37,402 nt of DNA, from IMG/VR virus record IMGVR_UViG_3300045988_064538, one strand, 5' to 3'. Source of the stretch: a virus. Positions 33,690 through 37,402 of the stretch are shown in pieces. The position numbers and the translations under genes are program-made. Numbering within the stretch: position 1 is the first letter of the stretch; each line of letters opens with the position of its first letter. The notes beneath the pieces are model-generated. The model was not told where the DNA came from. It was given only the letters and a program-made list of their open reading frames with translations, and made no database searches.

Positions 33690-34754
33690 ATGAAGAGAAT
33701 AGGAAATATTTATAGCAAAATTTATGATATGGAAAATTTAAGACTAGCTCACAAAAACGCTAGACGTGGAAAAGGATGGTATGAAGAAGTTAAACGTGTG
33801 GATGCAAATTTAGATTACTATTTGAACAAATTGCAAAAGCAGTTGATTAATCATACATATAAAACATCTAAATACACTACATTCATAAAACATGACAGTG
33901 GAAAAGATAGAGAAATTTACAGATTGCCATATTTCCCCGACAGAATTTGCCAATGGGCGATTTTACAAGTAATAAGTGATTACATATTAAAGAATCTAAC
34001 AAGCAATACTTATTCGGCTATTCCAAACAGAGGAATACATTACGGATATAAAAAAATGCAGAAAGATATACAAAACAACAAAGAAAAATGTAAATATTGC
34101 TTAAAAATCGATGCTAGAAAATATTATCCATCAATTAATCACGACATTCTTAAATCTAAATATAGAAGCATTTTCAAAGATAAAGAATTACTTTGGTTGC
34201 TAGATGAAATAATCGACTCAACCGAAGGAGATACAGGAATTCCAATCGGTAACTATTTGTCACAATTCAGTGGCAATTTTTATTTGTCGAGTTTTGACCA
34301 TTGGATTAAAGAAGAAAAACACGTCGATTCTTACCATAGATATATGGATGATATTGTAATTTTCGCAGAAACAAAAGAAGAATTATATCTTTTAAGAATT
34401 GAAATCGACAAATATTTTAGAGAAAAACTAAAACTAGAAATGAAAGGCAATTGGCAAATATTCCCCACATTTGTTAGAGGTGTTGACTTTCTAGGATATA
34501 GATTTTTTGGAGACTACACGCTATTAAGAAAATCAACTTTAAAAAGAATGAAAAGAGCACTGATACCAATTCACAAAAAAGTTAGCAAAGGAAATATGAT
34601 TAATTATCATGAGTGGTGTCAAATTAATTCGTATAAAGGTTGGTTGAAATGGTGTGATAGCTTTAATTTGTATCGAAAATATATCTTGCCTTTAGAAAAT
34701 GCTTGTGATTCGTATTACACGAATGTAATCAAAAGAAAGGTGTGCATAACATGA
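33690..34754 (+). CDS. DGR reverse transcriptase
   Basis: ATG at 33690 lies 6 nt after agaagga, whereas the track ORF starts at a TTG at 33663. Motifs: SGKDREI, ARKYYPSI, IGNYLSQ (the DGR-type [ILV]GxxxSQ) and RYMDDIVIF (YxDD). Confidence 0.9.
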   Translation: MKRIGNIYSKIYDMENLRLAHKNARRGKGWYEEVKRVDANLDYYLNKLQKQLINHTYKTSKYTTFIKHDSGKDREIYRLPYFPDRICQWAILQVISDYILKNLTSNTYSAIPNRGIHYGYKKMQKDIQNNKEKCKYCLKIDARKYYPSINHDILKSKYRSIFKDKELLWLLDEIIDSTEGDTGIPIGNYLSQFSGNFYLSSFDHWIKEEKHVDSYHRYMDDIVIFAETKEELYLLRIEIDKYFREKLKLEMKGNWQIFPTFVRGVDFLGYRFFGDYTLLRKSTLKRMKRALIPIHKKVSKGNMINYHEWCQINSYKGWLKWCDSFNLYRKYILPLENACDSYYTNVIKRKVCIT

Positions 34755-35011
34755 AAGATTACGGATTGCAGAAAAGTGCCGTAAAGCCGTCAGAGCGAGA
34801 GTTCACAGAAAGCAAAGTATTTGTATATACAGATATAAAAGAAGTTGTAGAAAGCTCGGAAAATGGTGATATTAACCTATTTGAATTTAATATGATTGAA
34901 TATGATAAAGATGAATTTATTGAATTATTGTCAGACAAAAATAAATCATTAGAATCAGAAATCACAGAAATTCAATTAGCATTGTGTGATGTATATGAAA
35001 GGCAAGGTTAA
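34751..35011 (+). CDS. Small acidic protein, ATGA-coupled to the RT (XkdW-like phage protein or DGR accessory candidate)
   Basis: The ATG at 34751 overlaps the RT stop at 34752-34754. 86 aa and acidic. C-terminus is SLESEITEIQLALCDVYE. Confidence 0.5.
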   Translation: MKDYGLQKSAVKPSEREFTESKVFVYTDIKEVVESSENGDINLFEFNMIEYDKDEFIELLSDKNKSLESEITEIQLALCDVYERQG

Positions 35012-35013
35012 TT

Positions 35014-35130
35014 ATGGCTAAAATTTACGCGAGTTTAATTAGAAAAGGTTTAAAGACTTTGGAGCAAGTTCCGAAGCAATTAAGAAAAGAAGTAGAAAAG
35101 CTATTAAGCGAAGGAGAACAAAATGATTAA
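35014..35130 (+). CDS. Small conserved phage protein (XkdX/CD1375-like, 38 aa)
   Basis: MAKIYASLIRKGLKTLEQVPKQLRKEVEKLL resembles the small proteins that precede holins in Firmicutes phages. Overlaps the holin start. Confidence 0.45.
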   Translation: MAKIYASLIRKGLKTLEQVPKQLRKEVEKLLSEGEQND

Positions 35131-35392
35131 TTTTACAGAGTTAACAAAATATTTCGTATTAGTTGTATTGATTGCGTGTTTAATTGTTGGATATATTTTA
35201 AAAACATCGTTTGAAAGTTTCCCAAACAAATACATTCCTACCGTATTAGCTTTTATCGGCATGGTATTAAACTTAGCCGTTAGCGGTTTGAGTGTTGAAA
35301 GCGCCGTTTATGGTGCTTTAATGGGATTAGCTAGTACAGGAATGCATCAAGCGTTTACGCGATTTGTGGAAGGCAAAACCGAAGAAAAATAA
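35123..35392 (+). CDS. Holin
   Basis: 89 aa with hydrophobic helices (FVLVVLIACLIVGYIL, IPTVLAFIGMVLNLAV, AVYGALMGLASTG) and a charged C-terminus. RBS gaaggag upstream. Confidence 0.7.
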   Translation: MINFTELTKYFVLVVLIACLIVGYILKTSFESFPNKYIPTVLAFIGMVLNLAVSGLSVESAVYGALMGLASTGMHQAFTRFVEGKTEEK

Positions 35393-35406
35393 AATAGGCA
35401 ACTTGT

Positions 35407-35814
35407 ATGGAATTTACAATTACAAGCCAACAGATACTTTGGATTTGTGGATTTATTGCATCGGTTTGGGGTGTTGTGAAAATTATTAAAGAAATTGTTA
35501 AAGAGTTTAAAAAGCCAAGTGACGATTTGAAAGAAACGGTGAATCGTCACGGTCAGTTATTAAACAACGATAACGAGAGATTGAAAGCAATTGAAGTTTT
35601 CGTTAAATTGCAAGGCGAAGTAAACAAGAAAATCGATGAGCATACTCAAACTTTAGCAGAACACAACGAAAAGCTAGAAGCAGACAAACAAAGAGGTAAT
35701 TTAATGCTTAAAGCAAATATCGCAATTCTTGACGGTTTACTTTCCGAAGGTGACAAAGAGAATTTAAAAGAAACACGTAAAGAAATCCAAGAATACTTGG
35801 TAGATAAAAATTAA
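35407..35814 (+). CDS. Membrane-anchored coiled-coil protein of the lysis cassette
   Basis: N-terminal TM helix ILWICGFIASVWGVVKII followed by a charged coiled coil. Function unknown. Confidence 0.5.
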   Translation: MEFTITSQQILWICGFIASVWGVVKIIKEIVKEFKKPSDDLKETVNRHGQLLNNDNERLKAIEVFVKLQGEVNKKIDEHTQTLAEHNEKLEADKQRGNLMLKANIAILDGLLSEGDKENLKETRKEIQEYLVDKN

Positions 35815-35837
35815 GGCACTACATAGTGCCTTTTTTA
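35813..35837 (+). terminator. Rho-independent terminator between the holin region and the endolysin
   Basis: Stem aaggcact / agtgcctt, loop acat, then tttttt. Confidence 0.7.
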
Positions 35838-35860
35838 TATAAAGAAAGGAGCTATTTAAT

Positions 35861-35962
35861 ATGGATGAATTAGCTTATGAACAATTGAATGAAGAAGCTC
35901 AAGAAGAATTGAGCAATGGATTAGAAAAGGGGGAAGATGAAGAATGTCATACTCAAGACTAA
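35861..35962 (+). CDS. Small acidic peptide (33 aa) overlapping the endolysin start
   Basis: Strong RBS aaagaaaggag upstream. Sequence MDELAYEQLNEEAQEELSNGLEKGEDEECHTQD. Confidence 0.3.
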   Translation: MDELAYEQLNEEAQEELSNGLEKGEDEECHTQD

Positions 35963-37008
35963 CTAATAAGTACATTGTCGCAAGTCCTAACAACTATATG
36001 CGTGGACGTGGTGGCTATAAAGTATGTAAAATTACACCTCACCACATGGCTTGTCAATGGAGTGCCGAAAGATGCGCTCAATCATTCCAAGTTGAAGGAC
36101 GAATGGCAAGCGCTAACTATTGTATTGGTTCAGACGGTACAATCGTATGTAACGTAGACGAAGAAAATAGAGCGTGGACATCAAGCAACTACTACAACGA
36201 TTGCCAATCTATCACAATTGAAGTTGCAAATGAAACATGTGCGCCTAATTGGACAATTTCAACTAAAGCATGGAATGCATTGGTAAATCTATGTGTTGAT
36301 ATTTGTAAGAGATATAACTTTAGATTAAATTACACAGGAAACGCAAACGGAAGTTTGACAGAACATAGAATGTTTGCAAGTACAAGTTGCCCAGGTCCTT
36401 TCCTACACGATAGAATGAATCAATTAGCTAAAGAAGTTAACGCTAGATTAGATGGTCAAACAGTAGTACCAACACAACCTAGCGCGCCAAGCGGTGAAAA
36501 ATATTCAGTAGGATTACCTATTTGCACAAATACATTAAGTACAAATTGTAATGGCACATCTAGAATTCTAAAAGGAGATTGGAGCGGAACAATCGGACGT
36601 GTAATCAAAGGTGCTAAATATCCGTATCGTGTCGATAGAAAAGGCGTAGCGATTGGATGGACAAATGACAGTGCGATTGATTCAGACCCTCACATTCCTA
36701 ACAGTGGAACTCAAACGCAAGCGGTTCAAACTGTTTTAAATTGTATTCCGTCAGATTTCCACAAAGAAAACGCTACATTCTATATGGATAGAACACTTAA
36801 AATTATGAAAGCGCCAAGTGATAAAGCGGTCGATACAGGTTTTGTATATGAACGTGGTATGTCAGTACATTACGACGGATATGTAAAACGTGAAGGGTTC
36901 GTATGGATTTCATGGCTTTCGGCATCATCGGGAGAACGCCGTTGGATGAAATGCGGAATGTTAAACAATAAAGGCATTAACGCTACACCATACGGAAGAT
37001 TTGCATAA
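35944..37008 (+). CDS. Endolysin: N-acetylmuramoyl-L-alanine amidase (Amidase_2/PGRP-type) with C-terminal SH3b-like binding domain
   Basis: N-terminus KITPHHMACQ...ANYCIGSDGTIV...AWTSSNYYNDCQSITIEVANE...EHRMFASTSCPG is amidase_2-like. C-terminus YDGYVKREGFVWISWLSASSGERRWM is SH3b-like. Confidence 0.8.
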   Translation: MSYSRLTNKYIVASPNNYMRGRGGYKVCKITPHHMACQWSAERCAQSFQVEGRMASANYCIGSDGTIVCNVDEENRAWTSSNYYNDCQSITIEVANETCAPNWTISTKAWNALVNLCVDICKRYNFRLNYTGNANGSLTEHRMFASTSCPGPFLHDRMNQLAKEVNARLDGQTVVPTQPSAPSGEKYSVGLPICTNTLSTNCNGTSRILKGDWSGTIGRVIKGAKYPYRVDRKGVAIGWTNDSAIDSDPHIPNSGTQTQAVQTVLNCIPSDFHKENATFYMDRTLKIMKAPSDKAVDTGFVYERGMSVHYDGYVKREGFVWISWLSASSGERRWMKCGMLNNKGINATPYGRFA

Positions 37009-37060
37009 AATACACACATAAAAATAAAAAAATGTACGAATAAAGGCACAATATGTTATA

Positions 37061-37095
37061 GAAAGCAACCTATGGTTAATTCCATAGGTTCTTTC
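37061..37095. repeat. 35-bp near-perfect inverted repeat (candidate attP core, or a hairpin)
   Basis: gaaag(c)aacctatgg ttaatt ccataggttctttc: 14-bp arms with one bulge and no flanking T-run. Lies between the lysin and the integrase on the circular map. Confidence 0.35.
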
Positions 37096-37152
37096 GTATG
37101 CTATAATGGAAAAGGTTTGAGGTTAATATACATTTTGATGTTAATCTATGGA

Positions 37153-37184
37153 AGCCCTGTTTATACAGGGCTCTTTTTTATTTT
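37153..37184 (+). terminator. Rho-independent terminator of the lysis operon
   Basis: Stem agccctgt / acagggct, loop ttat, then cttttttatttt. Confidence 0.7.
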
Positions 37185-37209
37185 CCTAAAAAAACTATTT
37201 ACAAGCGGT

Positions 37210-37365
37210 ATGTTGTACAAAGAATTAATCACATTACCAATTGGAACGTGGGCGAAAGACGGAGATATCACAAAGGATGAAAAAATGAAATTAATCGATT
37301 TAGTGCGTGAGTTAAGAGAAGATGTGCTAAAGGTTTATAATAATAGAAAAAAGGCTAATTGTTAG
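37210..37365 (+). CDS. Possible small ORF (51 aa) between the lysis terminator and the integrase
   Basis: This is the distal part of track ORF 37072-37365. The upstream part spans two hairpins and is unlikely to be coding. Weak RBS. The ORF ends inside the bidirectional terminator. Confidence 0.25.
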   Translation: MLYKELITLPIGTWAKDGDITKDEKMKLIDLVRELREDVLKVYNNRKKANC

Positions 37366-37402
37366 CCTTTTTAATTTGTGTATACATCCACGCTCTCATG
37401 AA
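37326..37402. repeat. Right copy of 77-nt terminal direct repeat (identical to 1-77)
   Basis: Same 77 nt as the window start. Either a circular-assembly overlap or a true direct terminal repeat. Confidence 0.95.

Larger units (their letters stand above)
31463..34754 (+). mobile_element. Diversity-generating retroelement cassette (target-VR, TR, spacer, RT)
   Basis: The VR/TR pair shows adenine-only mismatches and sits next to an RT with DGR-type motifs. Confidence 0.9.
1..37402. mobile_element. Complete temperate tailed-phage genome (siphovirus-type module order), circular or terminally redundant contig
   Basis: Full set of lysogeny, replication, packaging, head, tail and lysis modules. Almost all genes are on the + strand with overlapping start/stop codons. 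The 77-nt window ends are identical. Confidence 0.9.

Noticed and set aside
33690-34754. The RT as a retron, group II intron or Abi-type defence RT
   Set aside because: An adjacent TR/VR pair with adenine-only mismatches and the IGNYLSQ motif point to a DGR. There are no intron RNA domains, no maturase or endonuclease extension, and no msr/msd-like inverted repeats flanking it.
37072-37209. N-terminal part of the 97-aa track ORF 37072-37365
   Set aside because: It spans the 35-bp inverted repeat and a canonical terminator. Its translation is hydrophobic junk and it has no RBS, so only the distal 51 codons are kept, at low confidence.

Overview
AT-rich, tightly packed window that reads as one complete temperate siphovirus-type phage genome from a low-GC Gram-positive host. 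The first 77 nt (1-77) are repeated exactly at 37326-37402, so the unit genome is 37,325 bp and is either circular or terminally redundant. Gene order: large serine recombinase and CI-like repressor on the minus strand; a divergent switch region with three copies of a 17-bp operator; a Cro-like gene; early genes (Rad52/Sak-like annealing protein, Gp157-like, HNH-like proteins, RusA, replisome organizer with internal iterons, dimeric dUTPase, SSB, DUF3310-like, many small unknown ORFs); an ArpU/RinA-like late activator; a terminator-bracketed module (ParB-nuclease/DUF4417-like protein, papain-fold toxin-like protein, small acidic ORF, tiny basic peptide); then terS, terL, portal, minor head protein, scaffold, major capsid, connector genes, major tail, G/GT chaperone with a -1 slippery site, tape measure, Dit, Tal; then a tail-fibre-like receptor-binding gene; then the lysis cassette (XkdW/XkdX-like small ORFs, holin, membrane protein, amidase-SH3b endolysin). 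The main finding is a diversity-generating retroelement (DGR) sitting between the tail genes and the lysis cassette. A 109-bp variable repeat at the 3' end of the 614-aa tail-fibre ORF (33176-33284) aligns with a noncoding template repeat (33381-33489). The two differ at 19 positions, and every one is a template adenine. A structured spacer of about 200 nt and a reverse transcriptase with YMDD and IGNYLSQ motifs follow. No Avd-like ORF lies between VR, TR and RT, which is the unusual part of the architecture. All functional calls come from motif recognition by eye, with no database searches run. No tRNA, rRNA or CRISPR array was seen.
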